Notes under the pieces: model-generated | Databases searched by the model: none | What the model was told of the DNA's origin: nothing | What the model saw: the letters and a program-made list of their open reading frames with translations, nothing else | Virus record (IMG/VR): IMGVR_UViG_3300048851_000209 | Coordinates: 1-34,743 of that record | DNA length: 34,743 nt | Source of the DNA: a virus | Taxonomy: Duplodnaviria > Caudoviricetes | Reading direction: 5' to 3' (one strand) | Position numbers and translations under genes: made by a program | In this document: positions 33,694-34,743 of the stretch, piece by piece | Layout: each line of letters opens with the position of its first letter | Numbering within the stretch: position 1 is the stretch's first letter

Positions 33694-34743
33694 ATGAATA
33701 AGACCAGGACAGCGACCGCCCTGCTTCAGCGTATTATTTCCGTGGACCGTCCCACTTGGTTCAGATGGACATTTTCACTTTTCCTGTTTGCCCTGGCGCT
33801 AACGGCGCGTCTTGCGGTGGACCACGAACTACCTCCGGGCTTTCCTTACCTGACCTTCTTTCCCGCCGTCATTATCACGACCTTCGTCGCTGGGCTTTGG
33901 CCCGGCATCCTTTGCGGCGCGCTTTGCGGGCTGGCCTCCTGGTACTTTTTTATTGTGCCGTTCTACTCCTTCGAGCTAACCGCAGGATCCGCGCTGGCGC
34001 TTGCCTTCTACGCCTTCATCGTCACGGTCGACATCATCATCATCCATGGAATCAGCGTTACCTCGCGACAGTTGCGCAAGGAGCGCGAGGAGCTGGCGCG
34101 GGTCGTGGCGCTCAAGGAGCAGGCGCTCGAGAAACTGAAGGCCTCCGACGAGCAACAGCAGATCCTCAAACACGAATTGAGCCACCGCCTCAAAAACACG
34201 CTTGCCATGGTTCAGGCGATCGCGACCCAGACGCTTCGGCCCGTGGAGGAGCGCCAGCATGTCGATGCTTTCGAAAAGCGCCTGCAAGCGCTAAGTTCCG
34301 CACACGACATTCTGCTGCAGCGGGACTGGGCCAATGCGTCAATTCAGGCCATCGTCCGTGAGACGACCCAGAAGCTCGTGCTCGCCGAAAGGCTGCATGT
34401 TCAAGGACCGGATATTTTCCTCGGGCCTCGGGCGACGCTTTCGCTCTCGCTCCTGCTTCACGAACTGACCACCAATGCTGTCAAATACGGCAGCCTTTCC
34501 AATGAAAATGGCTATGTCTCTCTGACCTGGGGGCTTGCAGGCGCAGATCAGGAAGAAATCCTGCAGATCGACTGGAAGGAGCATGACGGTCCTCCGGTAT
34601 CCCCGCCCCAGCGTAAAGGTTTCGGTTCCAGGCTGATCCGGATGGGCCTGCCGGGAACAGGCAAGGTAAACGCCACCTACGAAGCTTCCGGTTTTCAGGT
34701 CCTGTTCCAGGGGCGTCTGCGTGAACTCGTCGAGCAGGCTTGA
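33694..34743 (+). CDS. HWE-family sensor histidine kinase with an N-terminal DUF4118-like membrane sensor
   Basis: PYLTFFPAVII...GLWPG TM sensor; ELSHRLKN (HRxKN), HELTTNAVKYG, WKE and GFGSRLI. Confidence 0.93.
   Translation: MNKTRTATALLQRIISVDRPTWFRWTFSLFLFALALTARLAVDHELPPGFPYLTFFPAVIITTFVAGLWPGILCGALCGLASWYFFIVPFYSFELTAGSALALAFYAFIVTVDIIIIHGISVTSRQLRKEREELARVVALKEQALEKLKASDEQQQILKHELSHRLKNTLAMVQAIATQTLRPVEERQHVDAFEKRLQALSSAHDILLQRDWANASIQAIVRETTQKLVLAERLHVQGPDIFLGPRATLSLSLLLHELTTNAVKYGSLSNENGYVSLTWGLAGADQEEILQIDWKEHDGPPVSPPQRKGFGSRLIRMGLPGTGKVNATYEASGFQVLFQGRLRELVEQA

Overview
Positions 1 to about 33188 are the right-hand part of a temperate siphovirus-type prophage. The host is probably in the Rhizobiaceae (inferred from gene families, the HWE kinase and EcfG-type promoters). 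The prophage is integrated in a tRNA-Cys gene. The duplicated 3' half of the tRNA (33145-33188) marks the right att end, and the intact tRNA and left end should lie upstream of the window. Read right to left on the minus strand: a tyrosine integrase and an Arc-type repressor (both on +); a very short, satellite-like early/replication region with iterons inside the rep gene; a putative late regulator; a ~3 kb late leader in which structured non-coding segments alternate with small accessory genes; HNH, TerS, TerL, portal, protease and HK97 capsid; head-tail genes; a non-contractile tail; two receptor-binding proteins; an FkbM methyltransferase; a lysis cassette; and two uncharacterised membrane-protein morons. 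Two structural genes carry single-base frameshifts, from sequencing error or decay. Host DNA after the att site has a small ORF and an HWE histidine kinase behind divergent EcfG-type promoters. The best novelty candidates are the left-end moron operons (possible anti-phage systems), the tailspike-FkbM-esterase module, an orphan BrnA with palindromic operators, a 27-aa peptide with a putative stress promoter, and the structured late leader. All family calls come from motif recognition by eye; no database searches were run.
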